From Polyangiales bacterium (GTDB taxonomy: Bacteria; Myxococcota_A; Polyangia; Polyangiales; Houyiibacteriaceae): DNA of 40,465 nt. This document shows, piece by piece, positions 7,406 through 16,576 of the stretch. How positions within the stretch are numbered: the stretch's first letter is position 1; every line of letters begins with the position of its first letter. The translations under genes and the position numbers were made by a program. Under the pieces are notes generated by a model. That model saw only the letters and a program-made list of their open reading frames with translations, was not told where the DNA came from and searched no databases. The stretch lies in assembly GCA_045106895.1 (NCBI GenBank), contig JBGCFM010000038.1, forward strand, positions 1-40,465, given 5' to 3'.

Positions 7406-9241
7406 TTAGGCGCTCTGAGCGGCGTACGAACCAGCGGAGGACCCGTAGTCCGCGAGCTGCGGAATGTGCACGATGAAAGCTGTTCGTCCGGGCTTGGACT
7501 CCACGCGAATCGTTCCAAAATGATCGTGGACGATACTCTGGACAATGGCGAGACCGAGGCCCGTGCCGCCCTTCTTGCCGTGAGTGATAAACGAATCGAA
7601 GAGCTTGGAGCGGATTTCTTCCGGGATTCCAGGCCCGTTGTCTTCAAACGTGAGCACTAGGCCGTCGTCCTCGTCGCGATCCACGATGATACGAAAGACG
7701 CCCTTCTCGTCACGACCAGCGGTGGCTTCCGCCGCGTTTCGCGCGAGGTTGTGCACGGCACGCTGAAGCTTGCCTTCGTCGAAGTGAGCGATGCCGCGGT
7801 CGTTGAGAACCAGATCAAGTTCGATACGATCACCCAGCGCGTGCTCCAGCTGCTGCACGAGCTCCTCGAAGAACTTGTAGAGATAGACGCGTCGAACCAA
7901 GAGGCGGGTCTCACCTCGGGCGAAGGCCAAGGTCTCTTTCGTCATCGCATCGAGAACCTCGACCTGCCGCGTGATGGTCTCGGCGTAGGTCGAGCGAACC
8001 TCGGCGTCGACCTCGCCCTTCATCATCTTCGAGTAGCCCTTAATGATGGTCATCGGGGTCTTCAGATCGTGAAGCACGCTCGAGAGAACCGTGCCAAGCG
8101 CGCTGAGCCGCTGCTCTCGAAGGCGACGCTCTTTGCGCCTGGACTGCTCGATGGCGGTAGACACGTGGGCCGCGATGACCGTCGCCATTTTTAGGTCGTC
8201 GCTCGTAAAGTCCGCGCGCCCCGCGGACTTGTTCAGAAATTCGAGCGCTCCAATGCCTGGCTCGTTCCCATCATCCCATCGGATCGGAACGCAAAGCACG
8301 GAGGTCGGGTAGTAACCCGTCTGCTCGGCCAGCTCGGCGATGTGCCGCTGGTCTTCGTCGACGTCGTTGACGACTTGGCCCTTGTTGTTCTTCGCAACCC
8401 AGCCCGCGATGCCTTGTCCCAATGAGAGCTTCATGCCACGCATGGCTTCGGCCTCGCCGCCAACAGCGGCGCGAACTCGGAGGTCGCCGGTGTCGGCGTC
8501 GCCGATGAGAACCGTCGCTGCCTCCGCATCGAGCGCGCGCATGGAGCGAGCGAGCACACCACTCAAGAGCTCGGCGGGCGCCTCCGCGCCGGCGGACACC
8601 TGGGAGATCTCGAAGAGCAAGTTCAGCTCACGGATCTTCTTCTGCAGCTGCTCCTGGGTCTCGAGGAGCTCGATGTTCTTCCCCACCACGGAAAGAAAGA
8701 GCTTCGAGTTTTCAATGCTGACGGCCGCTTGGGCTGCCAGCGAGCTGAGGATGGCCTCGTCCGCGGGGGTAAAATGACCGCCGGCCTTGTTGAGCACCTG
8801 AACTGCTCCGATGGTGCGGCCGTGCTGATTCTTCATGGGCACGCAGAGGATCGAGCGCGTGCGGTAACCCGTTCGCCGATCCCACTCGCCATCGAAACGC
8901 GTGTCCTGATACGCGTCCTTGATGTTCAGGCTCTTGCCTGACTTCGCCACGGCACCCGCGATTCCGTCACCCACACGCAGGCGGATCTCCACCATCTCTT
9001 CGCCCTGGGCGACCTTCGCCCAGAGTTCACCGGTCTCGTCATCGAGAAGGTAGAGCGTCGAGCGGTCCGCATCCACGACCTCGGTGATGCGGTCGATGAT
9101 CTGCGCCAGGAGCTCGTTGAGGTCCAACGTGGAACCGAGGAGCGAGCCAATCTCTTGAAGCGCAGCGAGCTTACGGCGCTCACGTACCATCGTGAGCCGT
9201 AGCTCAGCGATATCGCGCTCCAGCTCGCTCGCGCCACTCAT
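7406..9241 (-). CDS. Cytoplasmic GAF-GAF sensor histidine kinase
   Basis: Two GAF domains; H-box VLHDLKTPM, N-box NLARNAAEA, G1 EDNGPGI, G2 GTGLGL. No TM. Start placed at ATG 9241. Confidence 0.92.
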   Translation of the reverse strand: MSGASELERDIAELRLTMVRERRKLAALQEIGSLLGSTLDLNELLAQIIDRITEVVDADRSTLYLLDDETGELWAKVAQGEEMVEIRLRVGDGIAGAVAKSGKSLNIKDAYQDTRFDGEWDRRTGYRTRSILCVPMKNQHGRTIGAVQVLNKAGGHFTPADEAILSSLAAQAAVSIENSKLFLSVVGKNIELLETQEQLQKKIRELNLLFEISQVSAGAEAPAELLSGVLARSMRALDAEAATVLIGDADTGDLRVRAAVGGEAEAMRGMKLSLGQGIAGWVAKNNKGQVVNDVDEDQRHIAELAEQTGYYPTSVLCVPIRWDDGNEPGIGALEFLNKSAGRADFTSDDLKMATVIAAHVSTAIEQSRRKERRLREQRLSALGTVLSSVLHDLKTPMTIIKGYSKMMKGEVDAEVRSTYAETITRQVEVLDAMTKETLAFARGETRLLVRRVYLYKFFEELVQQLEHALGDRIELDLVLNDRGIAHFDEGKLQRAVHNLARNAAEATAGRDEKGVFRIIVDRDEDDGLVLTFEDNGPGIPEEIRSKLFDSFITHGKKGGTGLGLAIVQSIVHDHFGTIRVESKPGRTAFIVHIPQLADYGSSAGSYAAQSA

Positions 9242-9246
9242 GCGGC

Positions 9247-9276
9247 ATTGTCGCACCGCCGCGCCTCAAAAGGCAA
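9247..9276 (-). promoter_or_regulatory. Putative sigma70-type promoter of the histidine kinase (leaderless-like)
   Basis: Minus strand TTGCCT-18 nt-GACAAT with TG extension, 5 nt before ATG 9241; no SD. Confidence 0.4.
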
Positions 9277-9409
9277 CGACACGTTGCGCCTAGTGCCCCG
9301 GAAAAGCCGGACCTACGGGCCGACTTTGATACGTACTAGTCCTCGGGCGTCCCCCTTCCTAAGGAGAGACGAGCAAAGACAAGATCACGTCACGGCAACG
9401 AACTCGCGG

Positions 9410-9578
9410 CCAGTACTTCATCTCAGAAGTTTTGACCGGTTCAGGGTGAATGATTGGTTCGTGATCTTGGCTCAATCCAACGAAGGACGTGCCAAGCGTA
9501 CATTCAAGGCGACGTGGGACGAAGACCGCGGCCAAGGGCCGCCCTCAACCGGTCAGAACTTCTGAGATGGAGCACTAG
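9410..9578. mobile_element. 169-bp palindromic MITE-like element, copy 2 (CCAG...CTAG)
   Basis: Arms 9410-9449 and 9539-9578 pair over 40 positions (33 Watson-Crick). Right CTAG contains the LysM gene stop. Shares central motif AACG.AGGAC.TGC...CGTA.ATTCAAG with copy 1. Confidence 0.7.
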
Positions 9579-10693
9579 AAGCCTCGGCGCATCTCCACGT
9601 TGTCGCCCACGACGACCTCATGCACCGAGCGAGTGATGAGCAAGGCGCTCGTCTGCGGTCTCACGTTGACAACGCGCCCTTCGGCGACGACCTCTGGAAG
9701 ATAGTCGTCGTCGTCCGGTTCCGGAGCATCCTCGACGATGGCGCCGTAGGAGTCTTCGCCTGCCTGCTGCGCACTACGCCATTCGTCGCCAACTCGAACC
9801 ACGAAAAAGCGGTTACCGAGCTGCACGTTCTGCTCTTCGCCAACATCGATGAAGATCACCTGCTGGTCCGCCGCGAAGCGCGTCGGGATGAGGCTCGCGA
9901 CAACTCTGGCTTCCAGGTCCTGCGCGTTCTCCCGCGGCGGGACGTGGTCAAAGTGACGCGGAATGGCGGCAACGCGGAACCCGCGCTCGATTGGATCCAA
10001 CGTCTCGGTGATGACCGCGCGGCCCATGCCGCGATCACGGTCGTACGTTCGAAGACGCACCGTGCCGAAGATTCGGACCAGCTCGCCCTCCTCTTCTTCG
10101 CGCCGCTCGTTCTCTTCCATCTGTCGAAAGATCGTGTACTCGGTGCCAACCTGAGCGTCCGTGCCTTCTTCGAAGCGAACGTAGATCTCGTCGAAGTTCG
10201 AAAGAAGCATCTGCTCTTCCGGCGACCCGATGATCACGCCCGCCGTCTCCAGCGCTTCCTGGTCGAGGAACCCTTGATCGCGGAGCCACACGCTCCCGGG
10301 CTCCGCACGCGCCGGAGGAGTAACGCCCGCGCCCGTGTCGAGAACCCGCGGCGCCTCGCCGTCCGGCAGGAGACGAATATGGTCCATCGGATAGATCCAA
10401 TGAGGGTTCGTGATCTCGGGATTGTACGACCAGACCTGAGGCCACCCCCACGGGTTCGCGTAGTAGCGCCCCGTGATGTCCCAGAGAGTGTCGCCGCGTC
10501 GAACCGTGTAAACGGGCGGAACCGCCACTCCCCTAGACCCCAGAACAACACCCCGTCGTGACTCGCGTGCATCGCGAAGATCGGAGGCGCCATCCGCCGG
10601 CCGATAGTCATCTTGCTCTTGAGCTTCCGTAAGCAGCGGAGCAACGGGGCTCGCGAGTGCCAAGAGAAGTGCGATTTTCAGTACTCGTTTCAT
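9575..10693 (-). CDS. LysM peptidoglycan-binding secreted protein
   Basis: Signal peptide MKRVLKIALLLALAS; LysM YTVRRGDTLWDITGRYY...WPQVWSYNPEITNPHWIYP; beta-rich C-terminus. Confidence 0.9.
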   Translation of the reverse strand: MKRVLKIALLLALASPVAPLLTEAQEQDDYRPADGASDLRDARESRRGVVLGSRGVAVPPVYTVRRGDTLWDITGRYYANPWGWPQVWSYNPEITNPHWIYPMDHIRLLPDGEAPRVLDTGAGVTPPARAEPGSVWLRDQGFLDQEALETAGVIIGSPEEQMLLSNFDEIYVRFEEGTDAQVGTEYTIFRQMEENERREEEEGELVRIFGTVRLRTYDRDRGMGRAVITETLDPIERGFRVAAIPRHFDHVPPRENAQDLEARVVASLIPTRFAADQQVIFIDVGEEQNVQLGNRFFVVRVGDEWRSAQQAGEDSYGAIVEDAPEPDDDDYLPEVVAEGRVVNVRPQTSALLITRSVHEVVVGDNVEMRRGF

Positions 10694-11643
10694 CGATTCA
10701 CCTCTCGACTCGCCAAGCGAGCCGCCTCACTGGAAGGGAAGTCCCTTCGTAGTCTATCCATATGCGCCGTCGCTTCGCGCTCGTTCCCAAGACGGCGCGA
10801 GCAGAGCGAGAGTTTGAGCAGCGCGTCCGCCACACGTCGACCGCGCGGGTAACGCCCGACGTAGGACTCGAACGCCGTACGTGCCTGCCCGTACTGACGC
10901 TGAATGTAATAAAGCTCCGCTCGCCAGTAGCGCGCATTCGCCACCTGCGGATGATTCGGGTGAGTCTGCTCGAAGCGCTCAAAGGCGACGAGGGACTCGG
11001 CAAAGCGACGGGCGCGAAGCATCCCCAGCGCGTTGCGATACGACTCGAGCCCAAGCTCAACTCGTTCAGGCGCAGCCACGGCGGGCCGAGCTACCGGCGA
11101 CGCGCCTGGTGCAGCTTCCCACGGAAGACGGTCGTTGCTCGGTGTAACGCTCGTCGGCGGCACAGGCGGAACCGTGGACACGCTCCGGTATGGGGCGGTC
11201 GCGTACGGAGGCAACGACGGAAGTCCTTCGGCGGCGGCGGAGACAGGTGGGGCCTGGGGAACGCCGTAGAGACGAAGCACAGGGCGATTTCGATCCTCGC
11301 GCACGGGCTCCTCACGCTCAGCCTCCGGCGGCGGAAGCTGTTCAGCCGGCTGATCCCATTCACCGTCTTCGGAGAAGAAGCCCTCTTCACTCGCGTTTGC
11401 CGAGTCGCTGCCCAGCGTACGAGCGGCGACACCTTGAATCTCGCGCTCTGCGTTTCGTGCGTTTGCCAGCGCGAGCTGTGCCCGGAGCTCCCGAACACGT
11501 GCCGTTTCCCGGGCTTCCTCCTGCTGTGGGGAGGCGCTCGTTTCGCTCGCAACCTGCGCAGGCGGCGTCGTTGGAGCCTGTGCAGCGTGGGCTGCACAAC
11601 CGCTGCCAAGAGAAATAGCGCTGACGAATAGGATAGAACGCAT
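10690..11643 (-). CDS. CpoB/YbgF-like TPR lipoprotein
   Basis: Lipobox-like LGSGC, short coiled coil, Pro-rich linker, C-terminal TPR (ANARYWRAELYY...YPRGRRVADALLKL...FPSSEAA). Overlaps LysM start by 4 nt. Start re-placed at ATG 11643. Confidence 0.8.
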   Translation of the reverse strand: MRSILFVSAISLGSGCAAHAAQAPTTPPAQVASETSASPQQEEARETARVRELRAQLALANARNAEREIQGVAARTLGSDSANASEEGFFSEDGEWDQPAEQLPPPEAEREEPVREDRNRPVLRLYGVPQAPPVSAAAEGLPSLPPYATAPYRSVSTVPPVPPTSVTPSNDRLPWEAAPGASPVARPAVAAPERVELGLESYRNALGMLRARRFAESLVAFERFEQTHPNHPQVANARYWRAELYYIQRQYGQARTAFESYVGRYPRGRRVADALLKLSLCSRRLGNEREATAHMDRLRRDFPSSEAARLASREVNR

Positions 11644-11750
11644 GGTGATGGCCCATGGTAGAGAGCGCGTGCCCGTCGCCCCAAGTTTTTGGGGTGTCAT
11701 TTTTGGCCTTTCCATTGTCAGAGGGCCTCGCGAGCGATAGATAAAGCGCC

Positions 11751-12692
11751 GTGGCACACCTTGAGTTCGAAAAACCCCTCGTAGAGCTCGAAGAGCGCAT
11801 CCGCGACCTTCGTGGCGTTCTCGGCGATAATGATCCGCAGATCGACGAACTTGAGAACCGCGCGGAAAAGCTCCGCCAAGAGATCACCGACGACCTCACG
11901 ATTTGGCAGAAGGTCCAGCTGTCGAGGCACCCGGACCGCCCCTACTTCCTCGACTACCTCGGCGCGGTCTTCGAAGACTTCGTCGAGCTTCATGGCGACC
12001 GCAGTTTTCGTGACGACCCCGCGCTTGTGACAGGCTTCGCGCGACTCGATGGACAGAGCGTCGCCGTCATCGGCCATCAAAAAGGCCGCACCACGAAACA
12101 AAAGGTCCATCGCAACTTCGGTATGGCGCACCCCGAGGGGTACCGAAAAGCCATGCGCATCATGGAGCTGGCGGACCGCTTCAAGCGGCCGGTGCTCACC
12201 TTCATCGACACCCCCGGCGCCTACCCGGGTCTCGGCGCTGAAGAACGCGGACAGTCTGAAGCCATCGGTCGCTCGCTCCTCGTGATGAGCCGACTGGGCG
12301 TTCCCGTCATCGCGACGGTGATCGGCGAAGGAGGCTCCGGCGGCGCACTCGCCCTCGGTGTCGCCAACCGTGTCTTGATGATGCAGTACTCGACGTACAG
12401 CGTGATCACCCCGGAGGGCTGCGCTTCAATCCTCTGGCGTGACGGCGCTCGTGGTCCAGACGCCGCGGAACAGCTCAAGCTGCTGGCGGGCGCCGCACGG
12501 CGCTTGGGCATCGTGGACGAACTCCTCTCGGAGCCCGTGGGCGGCGCACACCGGAACATCGACGGGGCCGCTCAAACGCTAAAGGCCGCCCTCCTCCGAC
12601 ACTTGGGGGAGTTGGGCGACCTTAGTCCGGAAGAGCGTATTGAGGACCGCTACGCGAAGTTTCGCGCCATCGGTCACTTCCTCGAGGGCTAA
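11751..12692 (+). CDS. accA: Acetyl-CoA carboxylase carboxyltransferase alpha subunit
   Basis: LEFEKPL, RHPDRPY, ELHGDR, NFGMAHPEGYRKA, DTPGAYPG..AEERGQSEAI, GEGGSGGALAL. Confidence 0.97.
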   Translation: MAHLEFEKPLVELEERIRDLRGVLGDNDPQIDELENRAEKLRQEITDDLTIWQKVQLSRHPDRPYFLDYLGAVFEDFVELHGDRSFRDDPALVTGFARLDGQSVAVIGHQKGRTTKQKVHRNFGMAHPEGYRKAMRIMELADRFKRPVLTFIDTPGAYPGLGAEERGQSEAIGRSLLVMSRLGVPVIATVIGEGGSGGALALGVANRVLMMQYSTYSVITPEGCASILWRDGARGPDAAEQLKLLAGAARRLGIVDELLSEPVGGAHRNIDGAAQTLKAALLRHLGELGDLSPEERIEDRYAKFRAIGHFLEG

Positions 12693-13009
12693 TGCTCGGG
12701 GTACGTGTTGACGATGTTGCGACGGGGTCGTTGGACCTCGACGACGGGGCTCGTCACCAGGTCTCGACCTTCGGAACAAAAGAAGAGGCTCTCGCCGACG
12801 CTCGGGAGCCCATCGTTGGGCGTCACGCCACCATGGTCGTGAAAACGCAGACCGCCCGCGACCTTTCCTTGGATGGCGAGGTGACCCTCGACCCAGCCGC
12901 CGGAACGGCGATCACGAACCGCTACACAGCGGTCTCGGCGCACGTGATATTCCGTGTTTCGAGTAACAAAGACCTTATGAACGCGACGTTCGGTTCCGAG
13001 ATAACGCAT
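12689..13009 (-). CDS. Small hypothetical protein (106 aa)
   Basis: Strong SD AAGGAG before ATG 13009; globular-looking sequence (HKVFVTRNTEYH...LVTSPV); fills the gap between accA and the manA-like gene. Confidence 0.75.
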   Translation of the reverse strand: MRYLGTERRVHKVFVTRNTEYHVRRDRCVAVRDRRSGGWVEGHLAIQGKVAGGLRFHDHGGVTPNDGLPSVGESLFFCSEGRDLVTSPVVEVQRPRRNIVNTYPEH

Positions 13010-13037
13010 GGTGGCTCCTTTAGAGTGGAGAACATAC

Positions 13038-14105
13038 ATGTCGGATAGAAACCTACAAAATAAGACGCAGGGTTTTCTCGGCCCGTGCCTCCTGCGCGGC
13101 GACAACGTCACTCCACTCTCTCGCACCCCTTGGGCTGGCCGGCGTATCGCTACCCACTACAAGGCCGCTTTGAACGTGCCCGAACGCATCGGCGAGTCTT
13201 GGGAGGTCTCGGTGGAACCGGACTTCCCCAGCATCGTGGACGACGGGCAGCGCCTGGACGAACACATCGCTTTGGACCCCAGAGGCTGGCTGGGGAAACA
13301 CGCCGAAGCGCACGGCGGGCTTGGTTTGCTGGTCAAACTCCTCGACGCGGCCGACGCGCTCTCGGTTCAGATTCACCCTCACGACGATGATCCCGCGCTG
13401 GGAGCGGACGAGAGTGGCAAGCCTGAGTGCTGGTACATCCTCGACGCCGACGAAGGAGCTGGGATTTTCCTGGGCCTCGCCCCAGGCGTGGAACTCGCCG
13501 GCATGCGCAGAGCCCTCGACGAGGGCGACGACGTCTCCAAGCTACTGAACTTCGTCCCTTGCGCGCCGGGTGACTTCTTCGTGCTTCCGCCCGGGACGCC
13601 GCACGCCGTGGGTCCAGGTCTCACGCTCGTCGAGCCTCAGCGAGTGCTGCCCGGCCGCCGAGGCCTAACCTATCGATACTGGGATCACGGTCGCCGCTAC
13701 GACGCCAGCGGCCGACGCGATCCCAGCGGTTCGCCTCGAGCCTTGCACATCGAACGCGCCCTCGCGGTCACGGACTGGCAGGCTCCTCGAGGCGAGGCTT
13801 TGGTGGACTCGCTGCGTGTTCGCACGGGCACCCCCAACCTGAGCGCCGGCGCAAGGGTCGAGACCCTCTGCGGCCCGGACGCCACGCTCCCCTTCGCGTA
13901 CCTCTCCGCGGAACGCCTTGTGGGGACAGGAGAGCTTGAACTCGGCGCCGCGGAGACGTGTCAGTCCCTCACCGTCGTGGAAGGCGAAGTGGAACTTGGA
14001 GGGCTCGTGGTGTCTGCCGGACGCTCGGCGTTGATTCCCGTCAGGAGCGGCCCGCTTGCCGCCTCTCTTCGCGGCGCCCACGCCCTCATGGCCAGACTTC
14101 CCTAG
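13038..14105 (+). CDS. manA: Class I mannose-6-phosphate isomerase-like cupin
   Basis: PWAG, IGESWEVS, LLVKLLDAADALSVQIHP, GKPECWYILDA, PGTPHA, LTYRYWD.GR, RALH. SD GGAG before ATG 13038. Confidence 0.85.
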   Translation: MSDRNLQNKTQGFLGPCLLRGDNVTPLSRTPWAGRRIATHYKAALNVPERIGESWEVSVEPDFPSIVDDGQRLDEHIALDPRGWLGKHAEAHGGLGLLVKLLDAADALSVQIHPHDDDPALGADESGKPECWYILDADEGAGIFLGLAPGVELAGMRRALDEGDDVSKLLNFVPCAPGDFFVLPPGTPHAVGPGLTLVEPQRVLPGRRGLTYRYWDHGRRYDASGRRDPSGSPRALHIERALAVTDWQAPRGEALVDSLRVRTGTPNLSAGARVETLCGPDATLPFAYLSAERLVGTGELELGAAETCQSLTVVEGEVELGGLVVSAGRSALIPVRSGPLAASLRGAHALMARLP

Positions 14106-14199
14106 GCTGACACCGACCACGTTTTCCCGTGTTTTTCGCCACGCGTGCCCCTCGCGTGCTTGACCGAACCCCTCCCCTCTGCCATTCCGCAGGCCTGCC

Positions 14200-14922
14200 A
14201 TGAGTGACGCGCGCACCCCACCTCGGGTATCGATTCTTATCCCTGTCTACAACGAGGAAGCCATCCTCCAGACAGCGGTAGTTGACCTCATTGACCGCCT
14301 CGCCGAGTTCGATTGGCCCTACGAGCTGATCCTCACCGAGAACGGATCCACCGACCGCACCGTCGAAATCGGCGAAGAACTGGCGGAACGATTCCCTCAG
14401 GTCTCGATTCGAAGCTTGGGGGCGCCCAACTATGGCCTGGCGCTCAAGCAAGCCATCTTCGCCGCCGAGGGCGAGTTCGTCATCTGCGACGAGATCGATC
14501 TCTGCGACACCGACTTCTACCGGCGTGCGCTCACGCTCCTCGAGACGAACGAGGCGGAGCTCGTCGTCGGAAGCAAGGTCATGGCCGGCGCAAGCGACGA
14601 ACGACCTCTCACGCGACACGCCGCCACTCTCGTGGTCAACGGCATGCTACGCGTCGCGACCGGCTTCAAGGGCACGGATACACATGGACTCAAGGCGTTC
14701 CGACGCCTCCCATTGATTCCCATCGCTCAGCAGTGCCTCGTCGACAAGGACCTCTTCGCGAGTGAGTTCGTCATCCGCGCAGAACGTGGAAGCGTCCGCG
14801 TCCAGGAAATCCCTGTGCGTGTCCTCGAGAAGCGACCGCCTTCGATTCACCTCTTCAGCCGCGTCCCCAACGTACTCAAGAACATGGTGAAGCTCTTCGT
14901 CGCCATTCGCGTAAAGGGCTAG
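14200..14922 (+). CDS. Glycosyltransferase family 2 (polyprenyl-phosphate sugar synthase-like)
   Basis: [41 protein letters not shown]. Confidence 0.88.
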   Translation: MSDARTPPRVSILIPVYNEEAILQTAVVDLIDRLAEFDWPYELILTENGSTDRTVEIGEELAERFPQVSIRSLGAPNYGLALKQAIFAAEGEFVICDEIDLCDTDFYRRALTLLETNEAELVVGSKVMAGASDERPLTRHAATLVVNGMLRVATGFKGTDTHGLKAFRRLPLIPIAQQCLVDKDLFASEFVIRAERGSVRVQEIPVRVLEKRPPSIHLFSRVPNVLKNMVKLFVAIRVKG

Positions 14923-14923
14923 C

Positions 14924-15856
14924 GTGCAGCGGCTCGCCGCCATCTCCGTCGACCTGGACGAGATCGGTTGCTACTCGTCGATCTACGGACTCGACGAGCC
15001 CACTGGTGACGCCGCTCGAGCGGTCTATCTTCACGCGATCCCTCGCTACGAGGCGCTCTTCGAAGAGTTGAACATCTCCGCCACGTTTTTCGCCATTGGC
15101 CGCGACCTCGCCGTCGAAGGAAACGCAGCGATCATTCGCCGCCTCCACGAGCGTGGACACGAAATCGCCAATCACACATTTGGCCATCGCTACGACTTCT
15201 CACGTCTAAGCCGCGCACAGATGAGCCACGAAGTTCGCGCGGGCTCCGCCGCCATCGAACGCGCCACGGGCCACGCCCCAACAGGCTTTCGAGCGCCGGG
15301 CTACACCATCAACGACGTGGCCTTTGAGGTTCTGACGGAGCTCGGAGTCAGCTACGACTCCAGCGTCTTTCCTTGCCCGGCGTACTTTGGGGCGAAGGCC
15401 GCCGCCATCACGTCTATCGGCCTGCGCGCGCGACTGGGCCGCGGAAACCCAAGCCATTCCATCATCGACACGCCGAAGATGCTGAGCGCGCCGGCTGACC
15501 CCTACCGGGTCGGAACTCCCTTCTGGAGCCAAGGCGCGGGACTCCTGGAGATGCCGATTGGCGTCACACGCTTGGGACGACTGCCTTTCATTGGCACGAG
15601 CGTCGTGCTCCCCCACCCCAGCGTCGCCGACGGGCTGGCGCGCGCGATGATCGGCCGGCCCTTTGTGAACTTGGAACTTCACGGCATTGACGCCAGCGAC
15701 GGCACCCTCGACGGGATCGGTCCACTTTCCGAGCGCCTGCCTGAACTGAAACGAAGCGCCGAACACAAGCTGCAGAACCTTCGCGTCGTCATCCGGCGAC
15801 TTGAGGCCGCGGGCTACCGTTTTGTCACCCTCGACTCGGCGGCACAGGTAGCCTGA
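14924..15856 (+). CDS. Polysaccharide deacetylase (CE4/NodB-like)
   Basis: SVDLD, ATFF, GHEIANHTFGH, GFRAPGY, YDSSVFP, LELH. Confidence 0.88.
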   Translation: MQRLAAISVDLDEIGCYSSIYGLDEPTGDAARAVYLHAIPRYEALFEELNISATFFAIGRDLAVEGNAAIIRRLHERGHEIANHTFGHRYDFSRLSRAQMSHEVRAGSAAIERATGHAPTGFRAPGYTINDVAFEVLTELGVSYDSSVFPCPAYFGAKAAAITSIGLRARLGRGNPSHSIIDTPKMLSAPADPYRVGTPFWSQGAGLLEMPIGVTRLGRLPFIGTSVVLPHPSVADGLARAMIGRPFVNLELHGIDASDGTLDGIGPLSERLPELKRSAEHKLQNLRVVIRRLEAAGYRFVTLDSAAQVA

Positions 15857-16576
15857 ATGCCCTTTCGTCCTATGTTACTCCGCGGTTCCAAGGTCTTCGC
15901 GCGCTGCGACGAGGGCGGCGAGCTCGTCGTCGACTCCGGCCGCGTCGAGATTCGTTATCGCAAAAGCGGGAAAGCCTACGCCGCGGCTCCGCGGAACTTG
16001 GAAGTCACCGATGGCGGGGTGCTACCAGACGGCGACTTCACCTTGGCGGAGCCTGCTCCGAAGGCAAAGGCCACTGCCAAAAAGAAGAAGAAGCCGAAGG
16101 CAAAGTCCTCAGCGCCGGTCCCAACCATTCCCGCCGAGGGCGAAGTCCTCGCGTACTGTGACGGCGCATGCAGCGGCAACCCTGGACCCGCCGGCCTCGG
16201 CGCTCTGATCCGTTTCGGCGACACGGAGCTCCGCCTCAGCGAGTTTTTAGGCCACGGCACCAACAACATCGCTGAGCTCACGGCCATACAGCGCATTGCG
16301 GAAGCCGTGGAAGACAAGAGCGTCCCCGTACATATCTACACCGACAGCAGCTATGCCATTGGGCTCCTGCAAAAGGGATGGAAAGCGAAAGCGAACAAGG
16401 AGCTCGTGGCGGACGTTCGCGCGGCCATGGCTACGCTTGAAAACGCGACGCTTCACCACGTCAAAGGCCACGCCGGCCACGAGCTCAACGAACTCGCCGA
16501 CACCCTCGCGGTGCAGGCCGTCGAGTCTCGCGCGACGACTCCTTGGCTCAAAGGAACGTTCTCGAGGCCGGAATGA
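15857..16576 (+). CDS. rnhA: Ribonuclease HI with N-terminal extension
   Basis: All catalytic motifs intact: YCDGACSGNPGPAG, TNNIAEL, YTDSSY, HVKGHAG, NELAD. Confidence 0.92.
   Translation: MPFRPMLLRGSKVFARCDEGGELVVDSGRVEIRYRKSGKAYAAAPRNLEVTDGGVLPDGDFTLAEPAPKAKATAKKKKKPKAKSSAPVPTIPAEGEVLAYCDGACSGNPGPAGLGALIRFGDTELRLSEFLGHGTNNIAELTAIQRIAEAVEDKSVPVHIYTDSSYAIGLLQKGWKAKANKELVADVRAAMATLENATLHHVKGHAGHELNELADTLAVQAVESRATTPWLKGTFSRPE

Noticed and set aside
7655..7660. CACTAG as another element terminus
   Set aside because: Inside the kinase coding sequence with no partner inverted repeat or further similarity.
9248..9636. ORFs 9248-9565 and 9454-9636 (and 1682-1873) as real genes or transposase remnants
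   Set aside because: No recognisable motifs; they run through the palindromic elements and look like chance open frames.
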